In this document: positions 23,110 to 32,606 of the stretch, piece after piece | Numbering within the stretch: the first letter of the stretch is position 1 | Layout of the letters: the number at the start of each line of letters is the position of its first letter | NCBI GenBank assembly: GCA_963788195.1 | Contig: CAWBGA010000002.1 | Coordinates: 96,001-160,000, forward strand | DNA: 64,000 bases | Direction: 5' to 3' | From: Nitrospirota bacterium | GTDB taxonomy: Bacteria; Nitrospirota; Nitrospiria; Nitrospirales; NS-4 | Position numbers and translations under genes: made by a program | The notes under the pieces: generated by a model | What the model saw: the letters and a program-made list of their open reading frames with translations, nothing else | Database searches by the model: none | Told to the model about the DNA's origin: nothing

Positions 23110-24159
23110 ATGCGTAGATCACACTGTGCTTTTGGTATCGCTCTAATTATCGGTCTCATGTTTGTTGCCGCTCTCAAGATTTCTCCAGCGGCGGCGAGTT
23201 GTGGCTCGACGAGTTGCTTTCTCGTCATCGGCTCGCAGGCCGGCGTGCCGCAGAAGGGCATGCTGACGATGAATCTGACCTATAATTACGTCAATCAAGG
23301 CGATCTGCTGGATGGAACTACAGGCATCATTCCCGAGGTGGACACAACCAATCGCCGTCTGATTCCCAACCACCACTTGGAGACCAGGACGATCAACCAG
23401 GTCTACACAATGGATCTGAATTACGGCGTGACGGATCGATTTGCACTGGAAGTGGCTATCCCTTACATCGTCCGCTCGCATCGGCATTTTCACTTCCACG
23501 GCGGGCAGCCGATCGAGCCGTCCCTCTTCACGGATAATGGGCTTGGCGATATTCGAGTGCTTGCAAAATACAATGTCCTTCCGACGATCCGAAATCTATT
23601 GGTGTTCGGCGTCGGCATGGATCTTCCAACCGGCAAGGTCGATACGCAGACCAATGCGGGCGGCAGCGGGCCGGAGGAGCCGACGATCCAACTCGGTCGC
23701 GGCAACGTGGGAGTGGTGGGCTCAGTCTACCAAACATACGAGGTCATCCCGCACCGGTTAGGGCAGTTCTCGTCGATCGTGTACCGGCATACCTTCAAGA
23801 ATAACGCAGGCTATCAGTTTGGCGACGATTACGTTTTGGCGGCAGGTCTGAATCTTCTGCTGCTGGAGAAGCTGACTCTGACCGGCCAATTCAACTATCG
23901 CTATGTGGTTCACGATACCTTCAGCTCAACGCTGGGGTTTTCGGGGCCTGATAGCCAGATTATTCTCGATCGTCCTGTTCCGACGACCGGTTCCACCATG
24001 CTCGCGTTCAGTCCCGGCGTCACCTGGCACGTCCGCGATGGCACCGCCGTGTATTTCAACGCGCAAATTCCAATAGTTCGCGACTTCAACAACAACATCG
24101 CCCCGGGCATAGGCTTCCTCGCGGGGCTGACGCACGTATTTGACGTGAAAGGGCGGTGA
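23110..24159 (+). CDS. Outer-membrane beta-barrel, MetA-pathway/transporter-like, with Cys/His motifs
   Basis: Signal peptide followed by SCGSTSC; HRHFHFH loop; GLGDI, LPTG, IQLGRG, YQFGD, FSPG motifs and alternating beta strands. Confidence 0.7.
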   Translation: MRRSHCAFGIALIIGLMFVAALKISPAAASCGSTSCFLVIGSQAGVPQKGMLTMNLTYNYVNQGDLLDGTTGIIPEVDTTNRRLIPNHHLETRTINQVYTMDLNYGVTDRFALEVAIPYIVRSHRHFHFHGGQPIEPSLFTDNGLGDIRVLAKYNVLPTIRNLLVFGVGMDLPTGKVDTQTNAGGSGPEEPTIQLGRGNVGVVGSVYQTYEVIPHRLGQFSSIVYRHTFKNNAGYQFGDDYVLAAGLNLLLLEKLTLTGQFNYRYVVHDTFSSTLGFSGPDSQIILDRPVPTTGSTMLAFSPGVTWHVRDGTAVYFNAQIPIVRDFNNNIAPGIGFLAGLTHVFDVKGR

Positions 24160-24186
24160 TCAGAGGACGGGCAGAGACACTACGAT

Positions 24187-25053
24187 CTACCAGGCGTAAA
24201 CGACGCCCGTACCCGCACGAAATCTATCCTGAGCTAACGGATCACGGAAGTCCCGCCAAGCGGGGATAGATACTAAGGCAAAGAACAGTAGCCCACGCCC
24301 GGGCGAATAGACGACGGTGGGGTGTAACAATACTTCTTGGCCGCCTGTCTGTGGGTGTCTGACCCCGCTCACCGCGTCTTTGAAGTAACGTTCGTAAGAC
24401 CACCCAAGCTGATAGCTAATCAACTTGCCGGTTTCCATATCCTCGTTGGGCGTGAAGGCAAGGCCGCCACCGAGGAAGAGATTGTTGCCGGTATTTGTGC
24501 CGGTTCGATACAAGGCGTTGTAGCGATAATATGCGTATCCGATCCCTGACCACCGGCCTCGTTCCAGGCTTCCTAGAACTCCGCCTAAATAATCAAGTGG
24601 CGCGTTCCATGCCTTGTGGTCAATGACTCCGCTCGGAATCTCGACCCCGGCCATCCCTAGGATAAAGTTTCCCTCACGGTTCCATTTGGCGATAAGACCC
24701 GCAAGGTCATAGCGGTATCGAATCGCCAAGATACTGTCTTCAAACCCGGATGTGCTGCTGCCTGCATCCAAATCGCTAATGGATGAATAAGGTAGAATCG
24801 CTGTGAAAGCCAGTGGAACACCTTTCAGCAAATTAAAGCCGCCGCTGAGGACCCCGGTAGTTTCTTGTGTCCGTTGCCCGGCAGTGCCCAGTTGCCGCGT
24901 AAAGGCCTGAACGCTCACGAACCGTTCACTGCTATAAAGCAATGAGGACTGAGGACCAAAGATAGCTTCGTGATGGGCCCTGGCGGTCGATACAATGGCC
25001 ATTGTACCTAAGATGAGACAAAGCCAGTAGCCTGTTGTCATACCAGAACGCAC
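24187..25053 (-). CDS. Putative outer-membrane beta-barrel protein
   Basis: Signal peptide ending ARA, mature start HHEAIFGP; GFED, PSG, TGG..V.LHP motifs; terminal aromatic residue (W). Confidence 0.6.
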   Translation of the reverse strand: MRSGMTTGYWLCLILGTMAIVSTARAHHEAIFGPQSSLLYSSERFVSVQAFTRQLGTAGQRTQETTGVLSGGFNLLKGVPLAFTAILPYSSISDLDAGSSTSGFEDSILAIRYRYDLAGLIAKWNREGNFILGMAGVEIPSGVIDHKAWNAPLDYLGGVLGSLERGRWSGIGYAYYRYNALYRTGTNTGNNLFLGGGLAFTPNEDMETGKLISYQLGWSYERYFKDAVSGVRHPQTGGQEVLLHPTVVYSPGRGLLFFALVSIPAWRDFRDPLAQDRFRAGTGVVYAW

Positions 25054-25243
25054 TAATTGAGGACCCCCACGACCGGTTACATTTACGTGGACTATTGTCT
25101 GTCAATAAGACGTGAGTCAGCGGGTCGTACCCCTTTACATGACAAGGAACCGAAGATCAAGCGCACCTTAACTCGCTGGCCATCAAATTAGGGTGGTTAC
25201 AATCTCCTTTTTTTAGGTGTCCCCGAAACCGGAGACAGCACAG

Positions 25244-25470
25244 AAACTACCCCGGCGGTCTTAAATAATCATCAGGTCACGGGGGAGAGACGAACTCGTC
25301 AGGGGCGAAGGAGTCTGTCGGGGCACCCCTTGCTCCTCACGTGCAAGGGGTCGAAAGGATTTCAGGGCCGGGCGGGTGTAACGGCGAGCTCGGGGCCACG
25401 GGAAAAGGACGCGTCCTGGCGTGTCCGGGGAGGGCGGGTGGAGTGCTGGGTGTAATGGTAGGTGTAATGG
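25244..25470. repeat. Modular REP-like intergenic element
   Basis: Contains aaactaccccggcggtcttaaataatcatcagg (also at 29943-29975 and inverted at 44910-44939), an ccccttgc..gcaagggg hairpin (also near 56760 and 63625) and gggcgggtgtaa units. Confidence 0.8.
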
Positions 25471-25540
25471 CTGGGTGTAATAAGTTGAACAGTTTGGCCT
25501 GCTTGGGATACGCTACGCGAGAATAGTCTTGGGATGTCCA

Positions 25541-26140
25541 ATGATCTTGGAGAGACGCTGGCAGGCTTCCTTTGTGATCGCGCTGATTCTTTTATTCCCC
25601 GCCGCAGGAGTCAAGGGGGAGCTGTCGGACCCCGACGGGGTCGATCAATTAGATGAAGTCAAGGTCACAGCCGCCCGAATCGCCCCGTTACCTCGGGCGC
25701 TTCCTCTCCCGCTTCCGGACCTTTCGACGGCGGTGTCCCTTCCCGCCGAACCTTTCTGGAAACGCGGTGCTCCAGTGATTCCGGAGTTGCCGGTTCTGGA
25801 TCGCCACCTTCTTCGAGATGACACCGCGCTCTCTGCTGGCACCCGGACGCGGGTTCGGTATCTTGAGCCGATCCAGGCTACATACCCCAGGCGCGCGCGT
25901 ACGATGGGATTGGAAGGCACCGTAGTCTTACGGGTCATCGTCAGGGCGGACGGAACTGTTGCTGAAGTTGCCATACATAGATCATCGGAATATTCTCTGC
26001 TCGACCAGGCGGCTGTCATGGCTGTCCGGAACAGGAGGTTCGTGCCCGCGAAAGACGGCGGCTTCACGATATCTTCCGTCGCGGAGGTGCCTGTGAAATT
26101 TGTGTTAACGGAACATACGGGGGACGAGCTGCTGCCATGA
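25541..26140 (+). CDS. TonB C-terminal-domain protein with signal peptide
   Basis: YPRRAR..GLEGTVVLRVIVRADG.V..V.I.RSS...LDQAA..AV...RF.PA. Confidence 0.85.
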   Translation: MILERRWQASFVIALILLFPAAGVKGELSDPDGVDQLDEVKVTAARIAPLPRALPLPLPDLSTAVSLPAEPFWKRGAPVIPELPVLDRHLLRDDTALSAGTRTRVRYLEPIQATYPRRARTMGLEGTVVLRVIVRADGTVAEVAIHRSSEYSLLDQAAVMAVRNRRFVPAKDGGFTISSVAEVPVKFVLTEHTGDELLP

Positions 26141-27180
26141 AGCGTCCTCGGTTTCTGTTGGTGGGTATTGCCGTCCTGTTTATCCTCGCCCAGCCCCTCT
26201 CGGCGCGTGCCGATGAAGCAAAGAAATATTACAACCAGGCCGTGACCCTGGCCTCGCAAGGAAAGTATGATGCAGCGGCCGACTCGGTTCGAAAAGCGAT
26301 CGCGATCCGGCCCAAATTTGCAGAGGCACATCACCTGCTGGGCATTATTTACGCGACTGGGCTTCGACGACTGCCCGAGGCCGTGGAATCTTTCAAGACA
26401 GCGATCGAGCTGAGTCCGAACATGGCCGAGGCATACTATAACTTGGGACTCGTCTATCAGGGCCAGGGTAAATTTGCAGAATCTGAGCAGGAACTCCAGC
26501 GAGCCGTGGCGATCTATCCCCGCTATGAAGAAGCCCTCATCTCCCTTGCGCAGCTGTATGAGCGCCAACAAGCGAGCCGCAAAGCGATCCCGGTCTATCA
26601 GCGAATATTAGAATCCAAGCCGGATCAGCCGGAAGCGTTATATGCGTTAGGGTATCTGTTTGAATCACAGGGTCAAAGCGCCGAGGCGCGTGAATTGTTG
26701 TCCCGGCTTGTCGCTGTGCATCCGGAGCATGCGGATGCCCATTATCTTCTGGGCACCATTGCGGAAAAGGCCAGCCAGGCAAGCGATGCAGAGCGCGCCT
26801 ACCGCCAGGCTATTGCCGCCAGACCCGAATTCGTCGACGCCCATTACAATTTGGGATTCCTCTTAAAGGCCAAAGGGGAACTGCCTGCCGCGGTGCAGGA
26901 GTTCATGATAGTCGTGAAGCTCAGGCCGGACTATGCCGACGCCTTCGTGAATCTGGGCGTCCTGTATTCAATGCAAAACAAATTCGACAAGGCCGAACAG
27001 GCTTATGAAGAGGCCATCCGACTCAAGCCCACGATGGCTGAGGCTTACTACAATCTCGGCGTCTTTTACGAATTTCATCTCAAAGACCCCGTGCGCGCCC
27101 TGGCGACATACAAGAAGTACTTGAGTCTCGGCGGAAAAGACGACCGCATACAGCGGATTGTTCAGGACGTCAGAAAATGA
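26137..27180 (+). CDS. Periplasmic tetratricopeptide-repeat protein
   Basis: Signal peptide; about nine repeats of the AEAYYNLG/ADAHYLLG..P pattern. Confidence 0.92.
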   Translation: MKRPRFLLVGIAVLFILAQPLSARADEAKKYYNQAVTLASQGKYDAAADSVRKAIAIRPKFAEAHHLLGIIYATGLRRLPEAVESFKTAIELSPNMAEAYYNLGLVYQGQGKFAESEQELQRAVAIYPRYEEALISLAQLYERQQASRKAIPVYQRILESKPDQPEALYALGYLFESQGQSAEARELLSRLVAVHPEHADAHYLLGTIAEKASQASDAERAYRQAIAARPEFVDAHYNLGFLLKAKGELPAAVQEFMIVVKLRPDYADAFVNLGVLYSMQNKFDKAEQAYEEAIRLKPTMAEAYYNLGVFYEFHLKDPVRALATYKKYLSLGGKDDRIQRIVQDVRK

Positions 27181-28028
27181 CCGCGTTGCGGCATATCCTC
27201 ATGTCAACGGGGCTTCATGGAATGTTCGCGGTCGTGCTGCTTCTATTACTATTTGGAGCCCAGGCCGTGCAGGAGCACCGGCAGACCATCATAGTTCAAC
27301 TGATCGAGCCCGCGGCCACTCCGGCCGCCGTCGAGCCTCCCAACTCTGTACCCACGCCGGAGTTGCATATGCCCTCAGTGCAAGAAACTGTTAGAGCTGA
27401 TCCGCCCACGGCGCGCCACATTCGGACAACGGCGGACCGCCATAGATCACGCCCCACGCATGTGGCTGCGATCCCCATCTCTAGGTTCTCGGAGCCGGCA
27501 GGTGATACGTTTATCTCGCGTTCAAGTGAGTCCACCCCGGCTTTCATCGAGATGCCCCGGCATTCCCATGTAGTCGCGCCGGTGGCCACGAGAGCTCAGG
27601 AGGCGATGACATTGCCGAGCGACACGATTTCATCGCCGAGCACTTTGTCTAGTGCTTCCATCGTTCCTCCTCTTTTTCGTCCGATCGCGACAGGGCGAAC
27701 AGAGTCCAGGCCGGTATTGAGGGACTCAGCAGCGGAAAAAGTGAAAGCGACACGATCGCCGCCGCGCGCGGGCGAGAACCTACGACCTGATTATCCGCGT
27801 ACGGCGCAGGAAGCGGGATGGGAAGGGACTGTGATGTTACGGGTGGAAGTCCTGCCTGACGGCAACGCAGGCAGTGTGTCGGTACAGCGGACCTCCGGTC
27901 ATGCGATCCTTGACGACGCGGCCCGCACTGCTGTTGAGCGATGGCACTTCAGTCCGGCGATGGACGGCAATTTCCCCATCAGAAGCGTGGTGAATCTTCC
28001 CGTCAAATTTGACCTCATGACGCCTTAG
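27177..28028 (+). CDS. tonB: Energy transducer TonB
   Basis: TM with SxxxH (STGLH), Pro-rich spacer, YP..A..AGWEGTVMLRVEV..DG C-terminal domain. Confidence 0.85.
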   Translation: MTALRHILMSTGLHGMFAVVLLLLLFGAQAVQEHRQTIIVQLIEPAATPAAVEPPNSVPTPELHMPSVQETVRADPPTARHIRTTADRHRSRPTHVAAIPISRFSEPAGDTFISRSSESTPAFIEMPRHSHVVAPVATRAQEAMTLPSDTISSPSTLSSASIVPPLFRPIATGRTESRPVLRDSAAEKVKATRSPPRAGENLRPDYPRTAQEAGWEGTVMLRVEVLPDGNAGSVSVQRTSGHAILDDAARTAVERWHFSPAMDGNFPIRSVVNLPVKFDLMTP

Positions 28029-28037
28029 CTTCTTTTC

Positions 28038-28508
28038 ATGTCGCAGTCGCGCTCTTATCTGCATCAGATCAGCATCTCCGATGGCGGGGTCCCCAAGCTG
28101 CCGGTGGCGGAGGCGCGGATCATCGTTGAAGGCGTCGTCGGTGATCGCCAACAAAACCGTGACGTTCACGGAGGCGTTGACCGCGCAGTTTGTATTTTTT
28201 CGCTAGAGTTGATTGAGGCCCTGCAAGCGGAAGGACACTCAATTAAGCCAGGCTCCAGCGGCGAGAACCTGACGATTGCCGGACTGCAATGGTCAGAATT
28301 AAAGCCGGGAGACCGGTTGCGCATCGGAGCGCACGTTCTGCTGGAGATCAAAAGCTACACCTCGCCGTGCAAATACAACGCGCAGTGGTTCGTCGGCGGA
28401 GATTTCTCTCGAATTTCGCAGAAGCTCCATCCGGGCTGGAGCCGGGTCTACGCACGAGTGCTGGAGGAAGGTGTTGTGAGGTCTGGAGATTCCGTCAGCA
28501 TGGAGTAA
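28038..28508 (+). CDS. MOSC-domain (YiiM-like) protein
   Basis: GGVPK, GD.Q..HGG.DRAV, GENLTI.G, PC, R.YARVLEEG.V..GD. Confidence 0.9.
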   Translation: MSQSRSYLHQISISDGGVPKLPVAEARIIVEGVVGDRQQNRDVHGGVDRAVCIFSLELIEALQAEGHSIKPGSSGENLTIAGLQWSELKPGDRLRIGAHVLLEIKSYTSPCKYNAQWFVGGDFSRISQKLHPGWSRVYARVLEEGVVRSGDSVSME

Positions 28509-28546
28509 CTCACCTAGGTTGATTGTAATAACACAGGTTTGAAACT

Positions 28547-29200
28547 ATGCAACGAGTGCTGGAACCAGAGATCATGGAAGATCCGGAGCAGGCGCTGGTC
28601 TATTCGAAAGCGGACTTCGAGGAGGAGAACCAAAGCTTCGTGGACCGCTTTCGGGAGTATTACCCTGATTTGACGCATGGCCATGTGCTGGATCTGGGCT
28701 GCGGGCCCGGCGATATCGCAATCCGGCTGGCGCGCGCATTGCCCGACGTTCAGATCACCGGCGTCGATGCCTCGGGGCCTATGATTGATATCGCCGAGCG
28801 GGCCGTTGCCGCCCATGGCCTTTCGGAGCGGATTCGATTTCGACGCGAGCGTTTTCAGATTTGCGTGGTGGAACCCGCGGACGCCGTGATTTCCAACAGC
28901 CTCTTGCACCATGTGCCGAACCCGCTGCAGTTCTGGTATGCGGTGAAGAAGCTTGCCAAACCAGGAGCGACGGTGCTGGTCACCGACCTTCTGCGTCCGG
29001 CAACCCCGGATGATGCACAAGCCATCGTAGACCGTTACGCCGCGGACGAGCCGCCGATCCTACGTCGCGACTTCTTGAATTCGCTGCTTGCCGCCTTTAC
29101 TGAGGATGAAGTCGCATCGCAACTTGCCGAACTGAACCTCAGCCGGCTGCTGATTGACGTTCCCGACGATCGTCATTGGATGGTAGGGGGCCGGCTATGA
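28547..29200 (+). CDS. Class I SAM-dependent methyltransferase
   Basis: RVLEPEIM, VLDLGCGPGD, GVDAS..M, SNSLLHH, DL.RP, SL.AAFT. Confidence 0.9.
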   Translation: MQRVLEPEIMEDPEQALVYSKADFEEENQSFVDRFREYYPDLTHGHVLDLGCGPGDIAIRLARALPDVQITGVDASGPMIDIAERAVAAHGLSERIRFRRERFQICVVEPADAVISNSLLHHVPNPLQFWYAVKKLAKPGATVLVTDLLRPATPDDAQAIVDRYAADEPPILRRDFLNSLLAAFTEDEVASQLAELNLSRLLIDVPDDRHWMVGGRL

Positions 29201-29745
29201 TCAGGCGGGTCTTCATGCTGCTCATCATCATTGCTGCTTACGCCCATGTGGCCTGGGCGATGGAATTCTCGGCCGAGCAAAAAATGCGCATAGGCAAGCG
29301 CGCGATGTCCGGAAAAATCTATTTTCAGCCGGATCGCTGGCGGGTCGAAATGGCGAGCCCGGAAGGGCCGAAGGTATCGATAAGTCGCTTAGACAAGGCC
29401 ATCACGTGGTTGCTGTTGCCGGGCCGATCATATGTAGAAATGCCCTTGCGCCTTGATCAAGTTCCCCGGGTGGGCCCCCGTGTTGAAGGGGAGGTCGCCC
29501 GCAAGCAGGTAGGGGTTGAGTCGATCGGAGGCCGCAAAACCGAAAAGTATGAAGTCATTGTCGAGTCCGAGGGTAAGCGGGAAATCCTCTACCAATGGGT
29601 TGCACCGGACATCAAATTCGCCATGAAGACCGCCAGCGCCGATGGGCAATGGGAAAACGAGTACAGCTCTGTCCTGATGGGTCCTCAAAAGGCGGAATTA
29701 TTCGAACTGCCCGCCGGCTACACGAAGGCGCCTTCTCCACAATAG
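29197..29745 (+). CDS. Secreted DUF4412-like protein
   Basis: Signal peptide, EFSA, G.E.IGGR.T.KY, C-terminal LFELPAGY. Confidence 0.7.
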   Translation: MIRRVFMLLIIIAAYAHVAWAMEFSAEQKMRIGKRAMSGKIYFQPDRWRVEMASPEGPKVSISRLDKAITWLLLPGRSYVEMPLRLDQVPRVGPRVEGEVARKQVGVESIGGRKTEKYEVIVESEGKREILYQWVAPDIKFAMKTASADGQWENEYSSVLMGPQKAELFELPAGYTKAPSPQ

Positions 29746-29759
29746 TGAAGGAAGGGCAG

Positions 29760-30016
29760 GCGGGGGAAAAGGAATCTGTCCTGGCAGATTCCAGGGCGGG
29801 TGGGTGGAATGGGTCAAGGAATCTGTCCACGGGACAAAAGCCTGTCGGGGTACCCGTTGCTCCTCAAATGCAATGGGTCAATGGCTTGGGCGACGGGGGA
29901 TGTCATGGGAGGTGCCGTGAGGATTCAACCCAAAGGACAGAAAAACTACCCCGGCGGCCTTAAATAATCATCAGGCCTTCGGGTCGAGCAAGCTTTGTTT
30001 GGTGGGTGGGTGCGAT
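29760..30016. repeat. Modular REP-like intergenic element between convergent genes
   Basis: ggaatctgtcctggcagattcc hairpin followed by agggcgggtggg; second copy of the 33-bp unit at 29943-29975; cgagcaagctttg unit shared with about 46455. Confidence 0.8.
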
Positions 30017-30039
30017 GCAGGGAGGCACCGCCTCCCTGC
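30017..30039. terminator. GC-rich hairpin between convergent genes (possible terminator)
   Basis: gcagggaggc-acc-gcctccctgc, perfect 10-bp stem; no clear U-tract. Confidence 0.4.
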
Positions 30040-30059
30040 CCTCTCCACGAGCGGAAAAT

Positions 30060-32486
30060 CTATAAGATTTGCGGCGCCAGGTAGCGCACGCTTTTCATCT
30101 CAGCCAGCAGCGCAAGCTTCTCGATCGACACCCGACCGATGATGAGTTTGCCGGTCTTGGGTTGCAGCACGATCTCAAATCCCAGCTTCTTGATCTCGTC
30201 TAGGGTCGTCTGCGTCGTGTCGGAGAGCCATACCTGAACTTCCGCGCGTCCATTCCTGACGAACTTTGCTTCCTCAGCAGTAGCCGCTTTCTTCAGCTTC
30301 AACCGGTCTACTAGGGCTGCGATAGCAGGGTGCAGTTTCATAGGCCTCGCATTCACGGTAGTGTCGGTTGGCGGTTCTTCGAACACGCCTGAATAATGCC
30401 GTTTGGCCATTGAAAATTCCCGCATGAGCCCTTGTCGGGGAGCGATTGAGGCCGGCGCATTCAAGGCGCGATAATCCGTCTTGCTGCCGCCGAAGACCCC
30501 TTCGTAGCTCACACCCTCCGGCATTTCCACCGGGACATCAATGCGGCGTGGCAGCCCCCCGTCCGTAATCACCATCTCTTCCACCGCGACAAATGAGGTG
30601 AATTGGGTCATCAGGCGGTAGTCCAGGCCGATTTTCGTAATGGCTTCTCGTACCTCCTGCCGCGCATTTCCTTGCTGAATCCCGTTGTAGTCCTGTCCCA
30701 TTAGATGCTCAACGTGTGTACGTGCCCATAATGTCGCCACAACGTCATGGTGGGGCTCCGACGCCGGCAGCGTCACCTGGATCTCCCGGATCATCTCGCG
30801 TCCTGCCGTCTTCCCACGCAGTCGAATGACGCCGGTACTGCTTTCCGTATAGCGACCGGACAGGACGACCGGCTTGGCGCTGAACAGGTCCGGGATGCGC
30901 TTCGGGTAGATGTCGGCCAGAGGGAGGCGGCCCCAATCTACGGAAATATCGGTCAACAACGGATTGCGGATGCGCTCATGAAAGCGGCGCGCGGCCGTCG
31001 AGCCATCATCCTGGAGGCCGACGTACTCCACTTCGCCGCGCCCGTGCTCCGCCATCTTGTCCAGCAGGAAACGGTTGACTGCGCTGCCGATGCCAAACGC
31101 GAAGACGCGGGCGTTCGGATGTTTTTGTACTTCGGCGACGATCTCCATATCGTTGCCGACATAGCCGTCAGTCATGAAGCATACGATCCGCACATGTTGC
31201 TGCGAGTCGGAGGAATCAAGAGCGGCCCGAATGGCTTTCATCATCTCGGTCCCGCCGCCGCCTGAGCGCGACTCCAGAAACATCTGCGCCTTGCGGAGAT
31301 TTTCCTTGCTGGCGGGCACCGGCTGCGGGAACAGGATGTGCGTATCGCCGGCAAACGTGATGAGGTTGAACGTGTCGTGGGGATACAGTCCATCGAGCGC
31401 CAGCCGCATCGTTTCCTTGGCCTTTTCGATCGGGAAACCGGACATGGATCCGGATGTGTCCAACACGAACACCAGTTCCTTGGGAGTAACATCTGCTGTA
31501 GTGACGCGGTCCGGCGGCTGAAGAATCAGTGTGAAAAAACCACCCCCGCCATCGCGGTGGGTAAGCAGAGCATCTTGGATCTTCCGCCCGGCGACGTCAT
31601 ACCGAAGAATGAAATCCTTGTTGGGGAGGACCTCCTTTTGCCGCAGGCGGATGCGCGCCTGGTTCGTTGCCGTTCTTTCCACGTCAATCTCATGGGTCGG
31701 GGATTGCAAGCCTTCCATCGGGAGTCCGGTATCCAGCGCAATCTCAATAGAAATATCATGGCCGGCACGGGTTCCGGGCGGGGTGACGGGGGGCGTTATT
31801 CGGGAGGCGTCAGGAACCCTGTCCGTATCGTGAGCAAAACCGCCGCCCTGTTTTCCCAGCGCCGACCCTGTAATGTAGCGAGGTCCCACCACCATCGGGA
31901 ACACGACTTCATAGGACCCTGCATCATATTTGAGCAGCTCCACATAGCTGATCGTGACTTTTACCTGTTCCCCGGGAAGGATGTTCGCGACCGATTGCGT
32001 GAAGATGTTGGGCCGTTCCTGATCAAGCAATCCCGCTACTTTGCCACCGGAGCGTGCGGCGGCATAGATCGCTTGCGCCTCTTCCCGGCGCTTGATCTCA
32101 GCCCGCACGAAGCGTTCGCCGACCAGCATGGTCATATTGTCCACCGCGGCATTCTGCGGCAAGGGAAACGTGTAGACCGCCTCGATCTTCTCCGTGGAGG
32201 GATTTACAAAGTGTTGCGTGACGGTCGCCCGGGCTAGGAAGCCGCTGACTTCGATTTTGACATTGGTTTGCTTGAGGGGGCAAAACTCTCGTAAACGGCC
32301 GTCGGCCTCGAGACTCACCAACGAGCCTTGAGTAATCACCGAGGCTTGAGTCATAGAGCCACGCGGTGGTGACGGCAATCGCTGCTTCTGTGCCCAGCTC
32401 AACTGGGCCCCGCCCAATGCCGCGATGACGGTCGTGAACATGAAAACAAGTGCCCAATGGATCTGCGGAACGGTTAGTCGCTTCAT
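30060..32486 (-). CDS. Secreted VIT (vault inter-alpha-trypsin) plus vWA domain protein
   Basis: VIT (A.V.Q.F.NP..EKIEAVYTFPLP, LLDQERPNIFTQSV.NI) and vWA MIDAS (FVLDTSGSM, GGGTEM, MTDG). Confidence 0.92.
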   Translation of the reverse strand: MKRLTVPQIHWALVFMFTTVIAALGGAQLSWAQKQRLPSPPRGSMTQASVITQGSLVSLEADGRLREFCPLKQTNVKIEVSGFLARATVTQHFVNPSTEKIEAVYTFPLPQNAAVDNMTMLVGERFVRAEIKRREEAQAIYAAARSGGKVAGLLDQERPNIFTQSVANILPGEQVKVTISYVELLKYDAGSYEVVFPMVVGPRYITGSALGKQGGGFAHDTDRVPDASRITPPVTPPGTRAGHDISIEIALDTGLPMEGLQSPTHEIDVERTATNQARIRLRQKEVLPNKDFILRYDVAGRKIQDALLTHRDGGGGFFTLILQPPDRVTTADVTPKELVFVLDTSGSMSGFPIEKAKETMRLALDGLYPHDTFNLITFAGDTHILFPQPVPASKENLRKAQMFLESRSGGGGTEMMKAIRAALDSSDSQQHVRIVCFMTDGYVGNDMEIVAEVQKHPNARVFAFGIGSAVNRFLLDKMAEHGRGEVEYVGLQDDGSTAARRFHERIRNPLLTDISVDWGRLPLADIYPKRIPDLFSAKPVVLSGRYTESSTGVIRLRGKTAGREMIREIQVTLPASEPHHDVVATLWARTHVEHLMGQDYNGIQQGNARQEVREAITKIGLDYRLMTQFTSFVAVEEMVITDGGLPRRIDVPVEMPEGVSYEGVFGGSKTDYRALNAPASIAPRQGLMREFSMAKRHYSGVFEEPPTDTTVNARPMKLHPAIAALVDRLKLKKAATAEEAKFVRNGRAEVQVWLSDTTQTTLDEIKKLGFEIVLQPKTGKLIIGRVSIEKLALLAEMKSVRYLAPQIL

Positions 32487-32606
32487 GGTCGCCTCCTTTT
32501 ACTACCTACATGTGGCGACCAGAGGGATCCTTTCAGCAGTTCAAAAATATCGGACCGAACTCAGACGATTGTTACGTTTTTTTGTCGGTGAGAGCGCAGA
32601 GGGGCT

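Noticed and set aside
25645..26571. 308-aa minus-strand ORF over the TonB/TPR genes, and similar ones at 31338-32237 and 45268-46002
   Set aside because: They fully overlap well-supported genes on the opposite strand.
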